This document shows, piece by piece, positions 37,426-46,504 of a stretch of 64,000 bases of DNA. The DNA comes from an uncultured Eubacteriales bacterium (GTDB taxonomy: Bacteria; Bacillota; Clostridia; Oscillospirales; QAMX01). How positions within the stretch are numbered: position 1 is the first letter of the stretch; each line of letters opens with the position of its first letter. Position numbers and translations under genes: made by a program. The stretch covers positions 205,332 to 269,331 of the forward strand of contig CAKTEH010000001.1 in assembly GCA_934546935.1 (NCBI GenBank), written 5' to 3'. The notes beneath the pieces were generated by a model. It made no database searches and was not told the DNA's origin. It worked only from the letters and a program-made list of their open reading frames with translations.

Positions 37426-38516
37426 ATATTTTACATCTGATGAATTTTGCGGGATCCAGCGGAAGCGAAAAGTACGTGCGTACCTTACTGACGCGGCAGA
37501 TTGCGCAGGGGCATACGGTGACGCTGGCGTACAATATACATGGCCCGCTTGCCGATGAAGCGGCCGCCGCAGGGGCTGAAACTGTGCAGCTGCCAATGCG
37601 CTGTGTGCTTGACCTGCGCGCTGCACGACGGCTTGCGGAAATTTGCCGTCAGCGGCATATTGAGGTCGTGCATACGCATTTCCCACGGGAAAACTGTATT
37701 GCCATTCTGGCAAAGCACAGGTATCCGCAGATACGGGTTGTCAATACTTCGCATCTGGTATTTTCCACGGGGTTTGCCTGGCGGGTGCTTAACCGGTATT
37801 TTTCTGCGGACAATGCGGCTGTATTGTGCGTATGTTCTGAACAGCTGCATACCCTTTCTGCAAATGGCGTCCGCCCGGAACGGCTGCGGGTCGTGCATAA
37901 CGGCATCCCGCCTGTCAACGCACAGCAGCTGCGTGACCGGTACCGAGCGTCCGTGCGGGCGGAGTTTGGGATTACGGATACGGCGCCGCTTGCGGTGACG
38001 CTGGCGCGCTTTACGCAGTCCAAAGGATTGGACGTCCTGATTCGCGCTATGGCTGTGCTGCATGATGCTGTGCCGGAAGCCCGCCTGATCCTGGCGGGAG
38101 AGGGCGAGGATTTTGAAAAAATCCGTGCGCAGATTCATGCGGCCGGGCTTAGTGCGGCGGTGTTTACCCCGGGCTTTCGGAAGGACTCGCAGGCGCTGCT
38201 TGCGGCGGGGGACATTTACGTTAATGCTTCCCGTTCTGGAGAAGCGCTCAGTTTTGCCATTATTGAGGCAATGGCGATGGGTCTTGCGCCGGTGATCAGC
38301 GATGCGGGAGGGAATCCGGATATCGTCGATGCGCACAGCGACTGGGGTGTGCAGTTTGCTTCCGGTGACGCGGATGCGCTTGCAAAGATCCTGATCCGGC
38401 TGACGCGGGACATGCCGGCCTGTCAGGCAATGGGCCTGCGGGCAAAAGCGCGCGCGGAAGCGGAGTTCTCTGAAGATAAAATGTATGAAGAAACCATGAA
38501 AGCTTATCAGGCATAA
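37422..38516 (+). CDS. GT4-family glycosyltransferase
   Basis: GT-B fold with the E..G....EAMA.G.PV motif (GEALSFAIIEAMAMGLAPV). ATGA overlap with the preceding gene. Confidence 0.8.
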   Translation: MNILHLMNFAGSSGSEKYVRTLLTRQIAQGHTVTLAYNIHGPLADEAAAAGAETVQLPMRCVLDLRAARRLAEICRQRHIEVVHTHFPRENCIAILAKHRYPQIRVVNTSHLVFSTGFAWRVLNRYFSADNAAVLCVCSEQLHTLSANGVRPERLRVVHNGIPPVNAQQLRDRYRASVRAEFGITDTAPLAVTLARFTQSKGLDVLIRAMAVLHDAVPEARLILAGEGEDFEKIRAQIHAAGLSAAVFTPGFRKDSQALLAAGDIYVNASRSGEALSFAIIEAMAMGLAPVISDAGGNPDIVDAHSDWGVQFASGDADALAKILIRLTRDMPACQAMGLRAKARAEAEFSEDKMYEETMKAYQA

Positions 38517-38532
38517 AGCGGAGGATAAAAAA

Positions 38533-39048
38533 ATGGACAACAAAAAAACACAGAAACGCAGATTTAACCTGCTTGACGCGGTAATTCTTCTCGTCGTGCT
38601 CGCAGTAGTTGCCTTTGCGGTATACAAGCTGCTTCCGGCCGAAAATAAGGCGGCGGTTGAAATGGCACAGATGTCATTTACCGCAGAAGAAGTGCCCGAA
38701 TACGTCGCGGATGAACTGTACATCGGCGCGCCGGTAATGGACGCCGACCGCAGCATTTATCTGGGCGAAGTCGTTGATATCATTATCGAGGATTTCGTAC
38801 TTTACGGGGCTGATGAACAGGGCGTTATGCATCCTACAGCAAAGCCTGGTTATAAAAATGTCACGGTTGTAACCTCGTTGGCCGTTAACCCCAGCGCATA
38901 TGGGGCAAGCCTTTCGGGCGTGATTTATTCGGTCGGGCATACGGCTGCAATCCGCGCCGGATTTGCGAAAATGAATTGCGTTGTCAGCGGCGTTGCGTAT
39001 GAAAACCCGGATGTAGCGCGCGCTTTGGCAGATGCGATTGTGGGATAA
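38533..39048 (+). CDS. membrane-anchored protein, DUF4330-like
   Basis: The N-terminus RRFNLLDAVILLVVLAVVAF resembles that family. This is a weak call. Confidence 0.45.
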   Translation: MDNKKTQKRRFNLLDAVILLVVLAVVAFAVYKLLPAENKAAVEMAQMSFTAEEVPEYVADELYIGAPVMDADRSIYLGEVVDIIIEDFVLYGADEQGVMHPTAKPGYKNVTVVTSLAVNPSAYGASLSGVIYSVGHTAAIRAGFAKMNCVVSGVAYENPDVARALADAIVG

Positions 39049-39054
39049 GGCGCT

Positions 39055-40563
39055 ATGATCGCACAATTCATTCAAAACCAAATTGCCGGAAGCGAGATCA
39101 TCGGCGGTATCCTTGCGGGAGAGCGCGCCGCCGGGCGGGCCTTTGCCCGCGCCGGACGCGGCAGCGCTATTGTCCGCAGGCTTGGCCCGCTGTTTTCCCG
39201 GTTTGACTTGTTCCGCCTGCAAAGGGAGGAAAGTGCAGTCTGCGCCTTTTTTTCCTGGCTGTTTGCACTTTTGCTGCGGGCTGTGTATGCAGTATATCAT
39301 GCATTTTCCCGGATCCCGGGGCTGCGTTTGCTGCCGGGTTTTGCTGATGCAGTTTTAAAGCTGCATTTTTGCGATGTCTGCGCGCTGGCGGCGTCGGTGA
39401 TGCTTTGCATATATCATGACAATTGGAATAATGGTTACATGCTTATTATGGCCGTGGTGCTTTCGGCGCTGTATCTGATCCGGCTGACAAGGCTTGAACG
39501 CCGGCCTTCCAGACTTCCGGTATCTCTTTATTTGTTTATCCTTGCCAGTGCGGCGATTATCCCGCTTGCGGGAGGAATCGGGGCAAACCTGCGGATTTAT
39601 ACTTATTTTATCAGCGCGTTTGCCTTTTTCTTCTGCATGGCCGGTTCAATCGAGGATCTTGAAGATTTGCGCCGGGTGTTCATGATCTTGTATGTGGCTG
39701 TACTGTATAATGCGCTTTTATCTGTTATTCAGGCGTACTATGGGGTTCCGGTCAACCTTTCGTATACGGATGTTGCGACCAATCCGGATACGCCGGGGCG
39801 CGTTTATGCCAGCTTTTATAATCCAAATAACTTTGCAGAGATCCTTTGCCTTCTAATTCCGGGTTGCTTTGCGGCATTCATGACCTCACAGCGGATGACA
39901 AAGGCTGCAAAAGCGTTTATGGGATTGAGCTTTGTATTCCCGCTTCTTGCGCTGGTGCTGACGTATTCCCGTTCGGCATGGATTTCTTTTGCCCTAACGG
40001 TATGCGCTTCTATTGGGCTTTTGAATCTGGCCCTGATTCCTGTGGCGTTGGTGCTGGTGATTGTGGCAATCCCGTTTTTGCCGTACAGCGTGAAAAACCG
40101 CATTATGTCCCTGTTTTCCGGTACGGATTCTTCCGTCGGATACCGGATCTATATTTGGCAGGGCTGTTATGGTACAATGGCCAATGAACCGCTTGGCGGG
40201 TTTGGCTTGGGCCCGGATCACTTCTTCCTGGCATACAGCCGCTTTATGAATGAAAACGCCATGAAAGCGCCGCACAGCCATAACCTCTTTCTGGAGATAT
40301 GGATGGAAACCGGCGCGGTTGGGATTTTGAGCTATCTTGCTTTTTTCATTACGACTATGAAAGGCGCGCTTGTGCATGCGCTGCGCAAAGGCTCGCGGTA
40401 CCGGTATTTTTCCATAGCGCTGTTTTCTGCGATGTTTGGCCTGATTTTTATGTCAATGGTGGAATATATCTGGTTTTATCCGCGGACAATGCTGTGCTTT
40501 TTCCTTGTTTTGGGAATGATCTGGGCGCTTTTGCGCTTGGCGGCGGATGAAACGAAAACTTGA
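39055..40563 (+). CDS. O-antigen ligase/polymerase-like (Wzy_C) membrane protein
   Basis: At least 10 TM helices with the SRSAW...(loop)...HSHN pattern of the Wzy_C family. Confidence 0.7.
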   Translation: MIAQFIQNQIAGSEIIGGILAGERAAGRAFARAGRGSAIVRRLGPLFSRFDLFRLQREESAVCAFFSWLFALLLRAVYAVYHAFSRIPGLRLLPGFADAVLKLHFCDVCALAASVMLCIYHDNWNNGYMLIMAVVLSALYLIRLTRLERRPSRLPVSLYLFILASAAIIPLAGGIGANLRIYTYFISAFAFFFCMAGSIEDLEDLRRVFMILYVAVLYNALLSVIQAYYGVPVNLSYTDVATNPDTPGRVYASFYNPNNFAEILCLLIPGCFAAFMTSQRMTKAAKAFMGLSFVFPLLALVLTYSRSAWISFALTVCASIGLLNLALIPVALVLVIVAIPFLPYSVKNRIMSLFSGTDSSVGYRIYIWQGCYGTMANEPLGGFGLGPDHFFLAYSRFMNENAMKAPHSHNLFLEIWMETGAVGILSYLAFFITTMKGALVHALRKGSRYRYFSIALFSAMFGLIFMSMVEYIWFYPRTMLCFFLVLGMIWALLRLAADETKT

Positions 40564-40740
40564 ACCTTTTCTTGTTTCCCGGCGGGGTACTCCGCCGGGA
40601 AGTTTTTATATTTTGCCATATGCTGCGTACGATTCCTATATGTCAGAGGATGTGCGAGGGCAAACGGCGGAAAAACGCAAAATATTAGAGGCCCATCAAA
40701 CGGATGGGCCTCGGATTATATTGGACTGAAAATTATATAA

Positions 40741-42654
40741 CTATAAAGCCTCCAACTCCTGCTGCCAGAGCGTATAGCTTGCGTCCGACGGCATCCGCCA
40801 ATCCCCGCGCGGGGAAAGCGTAACCGAGCCGACTTTCGGGCCGTCCGGCAGGCAGCTGCGCTTAAACTGCTGCGCAAAGAAGCGGCGGTAAAAGATGCGC
40901 AGCCATTTGAGCATTGTTTCGCGGTCATATTCGCCGCCGAGCGCATATTCGGCAAGGCGCAGGATCTTGCACGGGGGGAAAGCCCAGCGGATCATATAGT
41001 ACAGGTAAAAATCATGCAGCTCATAAGGCCCGACAAGATCCTCTGTTTTTTGACTGATTTCCCCTTCGACGGCAGGGAGGAGTTCGGGTGAAACCGGTGT
41101 GGCGAGGATATCGTCCAAAACTGCGGACAGACCCGGTTCAGTGCTGCGGCGTGCGCCGGCAACATAGTTGACCAGGTGGCGTACCAGCGTTTTCGGGATA
41201 GAGGCATTAACGCCGTACATAGACATATGATCGCCGTTATAGGTGGCCCAGCCCAGGGCAAGTTCCGACAGGTCGCCAGTGCCGATTACCAGCCCGCCAG
41301 TCTGGTTGGCAATGTCCATCAGCACCTGTGTACGTTCGCGCGCCTGACTGTTTTCAAAGGTGACGTCATGGCAGGTTTCCTCCTGCCCGATATCGCGGAA
41401 ATGTGCGCGTACGCTTTCCGTAATATCCACGGTACGCAGCTGTGCGCCGACATGTTCCGCAAGGATGACGGCGTTGGAACGGGTCCGCCGCGTCGTTCCG
41501 AAGCAAGGCATGGTTACCGCAAGAATATCTGTCGTAGGCCGGCGGAGCATATGCATGGCCTCGGCCGTAATCAGCAGTGCAAGCGTGGAATCCAGCCCGC
41601 CGGACAGTCCGATGACTGCCGTTTTTGCCCGTGTATGCTCCAGGCGTTTGCATAATCCCAGCGCTGACAGGCGCAGAATCTCTTCACAGCGTGCATGCCG
41701 GTCAGAAAGGTTCTCCGGAACAAAGGGGTGTGCGGAGATAGGACGGGTCAATACCGTCTGCACGGGCGAAAGGGTAAAGGGTACATTGAAAAATGCGGGC
41801 GTATTGTCTGTTTTATAAGAAGTTGTGCGCATACGTTCATGCGACAGACGGCCCAGGTCAAGTTGCGTTTTTATAATGCCGCACGCAAAGCGGCTTTCCT
41901 GAAGCAACGCGCCGTTTTCCGCGATGAGGTTATGCGCGCCAAATACCAGATCGGTGGAGCTCTCTCCTGCGCCGCAGGAAGCGTAGATATAGCCGCACAT
42001 CAGCCGGCCGCTCTGGCCGCAGACCAGACTGCGGCGGTATGCGTCTTTCCCAACCATTTCATCGCTGGCTGACGGGTTGAGGATTACGGTGGCGCCGGCG
42101 GGAGCCAGGGAATTGGACGGCGGGTTGGCAGCCCAAAGATCCTCACAGATTTCTACCCCGACGCTGAGGCCGGGGACATTTTCACAGGAGAACACAAGCC
42201 CTGTGCCGAACAGCGTATCCTGTCCGGCAAATCGGAGGCTTTCTACCCCGGGCTCGCCGGGCGCAAACCAGCGCAGTTCATAAAACTCACCGTAATTGGG
42301 CAGATATTGTTTTGGGACAAGCCCTAGAAGCCGGCCTTTGTGTACAACAGCGGCACAGTTGTAAAGCTTGGCATTTTTCCGGACAGGAAGCCCTAAAACA
42401 TACAGCATGTCCATACCGGAGGTCTGCGACAGAAGGAATTTCAGCGTATCTTCTGCGGCTGAAAGGAGCGTTGGCTGCAGGAATAAGTCGCCGCAGGTAT
42501 AGGCGCTGATACACAGCTCCGGCAGGCAGAGGATGCGCACGCCTTGCTCCCATGCCTGTTGGATGCAGGCCAAAATCTGAGAACCGTTATATATGCAGTC
42601 GGCAACGCGGACTTCGGGGGTCGCGGCCGCTACGGTAAGAAAGCCGTCTTTCAT
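40741..42654 (-). CDS. nadE: glutamine-dependent NAD+ synthetase (CN-hydrolase + NAD synthase domains)
   Basis: N-terminal nitrilase-type domain (LCLPELCISAYTCGDLF). PP-loop IGLSGGLDS. ATG at 42654. Confidence 0.9.
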   Translation of the reverse strand: MKDGFLTVAAATPEVRVADCIYNGSQILACIQQAWEQGVRILCLPELCISAYTCGDLFLQPTLLSAAEDTLKFLLSQTSGMDMLYVLGLPVRKNAKLYNCAAVVHKGRLLGLVPKQYLPNYGEFYELRWFAPGEPGVESLRFAGQDTLFGTGLVFSCENVPGLSVGVEICEDLWAANPPSNSLAPAGATVILNPSASDEMVGKDAYRRSLVCGQSGRLMCGYIYASCGAGESSTDLVFGAHNLIAENGALLQESRFACGIIKTQLDLGRLSHERMRTTSYKTDNTPAFFNVPFTLSPVQTVLTRPISAHPFVPENLSDRHARCEEILRLSALGLCKRLEHTRAKTAVIGLSGGLDSTLALLITAEAMHMLRRPTTDILAVTMPCFGTTRRTRSNAVILAEHVGAQLRTVDITESVRAHFRDIGQEETCHDVTFENSQARERTQVLMDIANQTGGLVIGTGDLSELALGWATYNGDHMSMYGVNASIPKTLVRHLVNYVAGARRSTEPGLSAVLDDILATPVSPELLPAVEGEISQKTEDLVGPYELHDFYLYYMIRWAFPPCKILRLAEYALGGEYDRETMLKWLRIFYRRFFAQQFKRSCLPDGPKVGSVTLSPRGDWRMPSDASYTLWQQELEAL

Positions 42655-42915
42655 GGCACAGATTCCTTTCCAGATTACAGTCGGATACCGACCGGGATTT
42701 CTATTCGATATTGTAAACGAAGCGGGCAGAAAAAGCAAGCGTGGGCAAAAAATCTCTCTTTTCCATTTGCGTTGATGCGGAGGCCTGCCGGGCAGGCCGT
42801 CCGCTTGGCTATATTTGTAATACCTGCAAGCATATGCTGTAATAAACAACTGCTTTTGCCAGATAATGATCCGGAATGGGAGGCGGTCCGGGTAGAACTG
42901 CTTTTAAAACAATGC

Positions 42916-43451
42916 ATGAACAAAGATGTTAAGGTTCCTCGTGAACTGTTGATAAAGACCTATTTTAAAACTTTTGCTGTTATGAACACGGCTGAAAATA
43001 TGGAAGCCTACTTGGATCAGGCGTTTAATATAGACAAGTTTCGCGCCGAGCTGGCGGATGCGGATTCGTCCTTCTATTTTTTGTATTCCGGAGAAGAATT
43101 GGCCGGCTATTTAAAACTTAATGAAGCTTCTGCGCAAAGCGATATAAATGATAGGATTATAGGATTCATTGGAGATTGAGAGGATCTATGTTTCGCGGGA
43201 GCTCCAGGGTAAGTGTCTGGGTAATTATTTAATGGATCGGGCGATTGTTATGGCGGCCGGACGGAAGAAACAATATGTTTGGCTCGGCGTTTGGGAGAAA
43301 ACTGAAAAGGCCCTTTTTTTATAAGAAGCATGGTTTTTGTAAAACCGGCACGCATGTGTTTTTGATGGACGGCAATGCGCAGACAGATTATATAATGCGC
43401 AGGGATTTGGTTTTGAATCCCGTATGCAGGGCCTTGTACGTCGGTTTTTAA
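42916..43451 (+). pseudogene. PaiA-like GNAT acetyltransferase pseudogene (two frame changes)
   Basis: Frame a: ..TFAVMNTAENMEAYLDQAF...FYFLYSGEELAGYLKLNEASAQSDIND. Frame b: LEIERIYVSRELQGKCLGNYLMDRAIVMAAGRKKQYVWLGVWEKTEKAL. Frame c: FFYKKHGFCKTGTHVFLMDGNAQTDYIMRRDL. Confidence 0.55.
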
Positions 43452-43623
43452 ACCGACCTCCGCCGGACAACGGAGGGCGGTTTGTTGTATGCGCGGCCGG
43501 GAAAAAAAGAAAAAGGCAAAAAATCCACAGGAAGTTGACGCAGAGTTGATTTATATGGCCTAAAATAAGGAGAGGGTTTGGCCGGTCAGGCCAGCCGGAA
43601 GATTTTATAGTGAGGATACGCGT

Positions 43624-44400
43624 ATGCTTAGAATTTATGAACGCCGGCAGCTGCTCCATGCGGCATATTCCAATACGCAGATGCGGCTGGATGCGTATGG
43701 CGCGATGCGCCTGTTTCAAAATATAACCGGAGAGCACTCTATCGACCTGGGTGTGGATAATGATTCGATGCTTTGCAAAAGCAATGCATTTTGGGTCGTA
43801 ACGAAAATGAAAATGCGTTTTGTACAAACGCCGCGCATGTTTGAACAGGCATGGCTCCGGACCTGGCCGCTTGCCGCCAGGCACGGCGTATGTGAGCGCT
43901 GCTATACGCTTGAAACGCCGGAAGGCGGGGCACTCTGCGCACGCAGTGAATGGGCGCTGCTTGACGCCGGCACCCATAAGCTCCGTCGGCCGGAAAGCAC
44001 ATGTTATCCGGTGGATTTCGATTTTTGCACCGAACGTGTACTGGAAGAGCCGTTCCAGCGCCTGCGTCCGGATTTTACTGGCCTGCAGCCCTGCATGTAC
44101 AGGCGGATCCTGCCAACGGATATTGATATGTCGCGCCACACCAACAACACACAGTATGCACGGTTTGTTTTGGACTGTTTCCCAGTGGCCTTCTTTGATG
44201 AGCATGAGCTTGCGGAACTGGAAATCCATTTCCTAAAAGAGAGCCGGGAGGGGGAAGAACTGGCTGTTTATAAAGAACAAACATCTTCCGGAGTATACCT
44301 TCTTGCCGGGGTCAACGGAGCGGGCCAACGTGTTTTTGCCGCCTGTATGAAGGTTCGCAGGGCGGACTGGATGCAGCGTGAGGATATTGCTGCGGATTGA
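43624..44400 (+). CDS. acyl-ACP thioesterase
   Basis: Double hot-dog acyl-ACP thioesterase pattern (..AFWVVTKMKMRF.., ..DIDMSRHTNNTQY..). Confidence 0.8.
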   Translation: MLRIYERRQLLHAAYSNTQMRLDAYGAMRLFQNITGEHSIDLGVDNDSMLCKSNAFWVVTKMKMRFVQTPRMFEQAWLRTWPLAARHGVCERCYTLETPEGGALCARSEWALLDAGTHKLRRPESTCYPVDFDFCTERVLEEPFQRLRPDFTGLQPCMYRRILPTDIDMSRHTNNTQYARFVLDCFPVAFFDEHELAELEIHFLKESREGEELAVYKEQTSSGVYLLAGVNGAGQRVFAACMKVRRADWMQREDIAAD

Positions 44401-44414
44401 AGCGGCGGGGCAGC

Positions 44415-44462
44415 AGAACAAATTGCCTGCGCGTCTTATAAGACGCGCAGGCAATTTGTTCT
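44415..44462. terminator. 48-nt perfect palindrome, bidirectional terminator
   Basis: AGAACAAATTGCCTGCGCGTCTTA|TAAGACGCGCAGGCAATTTGTTCT. Confidence 0.7.
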
Positions 44463-44488
44463 GTCCGGTTTCCAGGTACAGGCTGCTT

Positions 44489-45436
44489 TTATTCTTCAGC
44501 ACTCCCAAGGGCCTGTTCCAGGGCCCGTGCATTTTCATACATCAGGGAGAGGTAACTGGCTCCGCTGTCAAAATCCTCTTGGGAGACGTTGTGGCAGGAG
44601 TGCATGCGCATTTTTTCGGCGCCGGTAGCCTCACAGATCGTATCGGCCATTTTCTGATTGGAAAATTCAGTGTAGAATACTACAGGAATGCCTTCGCTGT
44701 TTACTTTGTCAATCAGGAAAGTGACGACGGCTGCACTGGGCTCTGTGTTGGATGCGCAGCCGGGGAAAGCGGCAAAATAGCGCAGTCCGTAGTGCTGGGT
44801 AAAGTAGCGCATTGGGAAACGGTCGGCAAAAATTAGCGTGCTGAGCTGTGCGTTGGCGACAATGCCGGCAATATGGTTATCCAGTGTATCCAGTTCCCCC
44901 GTATAAGTCTCTACGCGTGCAGCAATGGCTTCCGCCTGTTCAGGCAGGAGTTGGCATAAGATTTCGCCGATGGCACGGGTAATCTGCGCGGCGTTGTCCG
45001 GAGAGGTCCATACGTGCTCGTCCGGCTCCGCGTCTTCGTGGCTGTGCGGGTCTTCCTGCGTTTCCATGCCTTCCACATGTTCTTCCTCAAGCAGCGCGAC
45101 GCAGTCAGTCAGCCGCAGGGTACGCACACCTTCGAGAGAGGAGAGCAGCTCGCCAACCCAGGCGTCGCTTTCTCCGCCGACATAGATAAACAGGTCGCAC
45201 TCCTGAATGGCGATGATGTCCTGCGGCGTCGGTTCATAGGTATGAATGTCTGCGCCTGGCGTCAGCAGCATGCTGACGGTGCATTCTTCGCCGCAGATGC
45301 TGCGCGCGAAGTCATAAGGCGCGAAAATGGTACTGATGATATGCAGCTTTCCATCATCCTCCGGCGCTTCGGCACAGCCGGAGAGGGACAGGGAAAGCAG
45401 CAAAAAAAGGCAAAAAAATACAGCGGCTTTTTTCAT
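44489..45436 (-). CDS. ZnuA/TroA-family metal-binding lipoprotein with a His/Asp/Glu-rich loop
   Basis: Lipobox LSLSGC. Acidic His-rich insert HVEGMETQEDPHSHEDAEPDEHVW, typical of zinc-specific cluster A-1 binding proteins. Confidence 0.8.
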   Translation of the reverse strand: MKKAAVFFCLFLLLSLSLSGCAEAPEDDGKLHIISTIFAPYDFARSICGEECTVSMLLTPGADIHTYEPTPQDIIAIQECDLFIYVGGESDAWVGELLSSLEGVRTLRLTDCVALLEEEHVEGMETQEDPHSHEDAEPDEHVWTSPDNAAQITRAIGEILCQLLPEQAEAIAARVETYTGELDTLDNHIAGIVANAQLSTLIFADRFPMRYFTQHYGLRYFAAFPGCASNTEPSAAVVTFLIDKVNSEGIPVVFYTEFSNQKMADTICEATGAEKMRMHSCHNVSQEDFDSGASYLSLMYENARALEQALGSAEE

Positions 45437-45451
45437 AGCATGCCTCTTTCC

Positions 45452-46258
45452 TTATGCAAGGCCCTTGCGGATAAAATCGAGATAGCGGTTAAGTTCTTCA
45501 ACGCCTACGCGGTCAGCATACATGGCAGGAGACTCCAGCGTCACGGTACCGTCATAACCGTGCGCCCGCACGGCGGCGAAAAAGGCGGGAAAATCCACAT
45601 CTCCTGTACCTGGCGCGAGAATCGGATACATGGCGTCCCATTGCTTGTAGCCGCCGTGCATATCGCTGACGTGGATATGGCGGATATTGTTCCACAATGC
45701 GCTGCAGGCGCTGATAGCCTCCAGCTCGCGGTGGAATTGTGCGGCGCGCGTATCAATGATTACGCCGAAGCCGGAATCAAGGCCTATATAATCCAGCAGA
45801 TGCGCCATAGGCGAACCGTGGATGCAGGCGTTGTTTTCGCTCAGCAGGTCGACGCCGTAGCCGTGCGAAATTTCCCTAAGTTTTTCAACCCGCGCAAAGA
45901 TGCGTTTCGGGTCTGCGTCGGAGTCGGGACGCCCCCAGATATGGCAGACCGCCTTCTTCGCGCCGAGCGCGGCCGCGATTTCCATGTTGCGCCGCCAAAG
46001 ATCGAAAAGCTGCGTAAGCTGCCCATCCGGAAGCGAGGAAATCAGGTCCCCGCTTTTTTTGTCTGCATGAAGGACGGGAAAGTCAAGCCCACAGCCTTCC
46101 AGATCGCGTAAAATCTGGCCGATTTTCTCATACCAGTCGTCGTTCATCATGAACTCAAATCCATCACAGCGGATCTGTGGGCCATAATCAAGGATAAAGC
46201 GGTGGTTCCGTCCGTTAATGCGTCCGATAAAGGTACCGGTGGAGCAATAATATTTCAT
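45452..46258 (-). CDS. sugar phosphate isomerase/epimerase (xylose-isomerase-like TIM barrel)
   Basis: AP_endonuc_2-type pattern. ATG at 46258 follows AGGAAG. Confidence 0.6.
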   Translation of the reverse strand: MKYYCSTGTFIGRINGRNHRFILDYGPQIRCDGFEFMMNDDWYEKIGQILRDLEGCGLDFPVLHADKKSGDLISSLPDGQLTQLFDLWRRNMEIAAALGAKKAVCHIWGRPDSDADPKRIFARVEKLREISHGYGVDLLSENNACIHGSPMAHLLDYIGLDSGFGVIIDTRAAQFHRELEAISACSALWNNIRHIHVSDMHGGYKQWDAMYPILAPGTGDVDFPAFFAAVRAHGYDGTVTLESPAMYADRVGVEELNRYLDFIRKGLA

Positions 46259-46437
46259 ACGTGCACTTCCTGACCCGGCATTGGATATGCCGGATATTAC
46301 GGCTTTAATTTCTGAAAATGGGAAAAAAGCTGTGTTCCCACATTTGAAAACATGTCGCAAATTCATCATAGCAAGAAACATGGATATTGTCAATAAAACA
46401 TTGCCGCCGCGGAAGGGCAGTTTTAGAACAAAAGGCA

Positions 46438-46466
46438 TTGACGAAAGAAAAAAGAATCAATATAAT
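46438..46466 (+). promoter_or_regulatory. sigma-A promoter TTGACG-17-TATAAT for glyA
   Basis: Hexamers at 46438-46443 and 46461-46466 with an exact 17-nt spacer. Confidence 0.5.
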
Positions 46467-46504
46467 ACAATTATCGACATAATGTTGCAGGGTAGGAGGA
46501 TTTT

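Noticed and set aside
43151-43166. Tandem 8-bp duplication ATAGGATT-ATAGGATT as the cause of the first frameshift in the PaiA-like pseudogene
   Set aside because: Removing one copy (8 nt) does not bring the downstream LEIERIYV frame into register with the upstream frame. The duplication alone therefore does not explain the shift.
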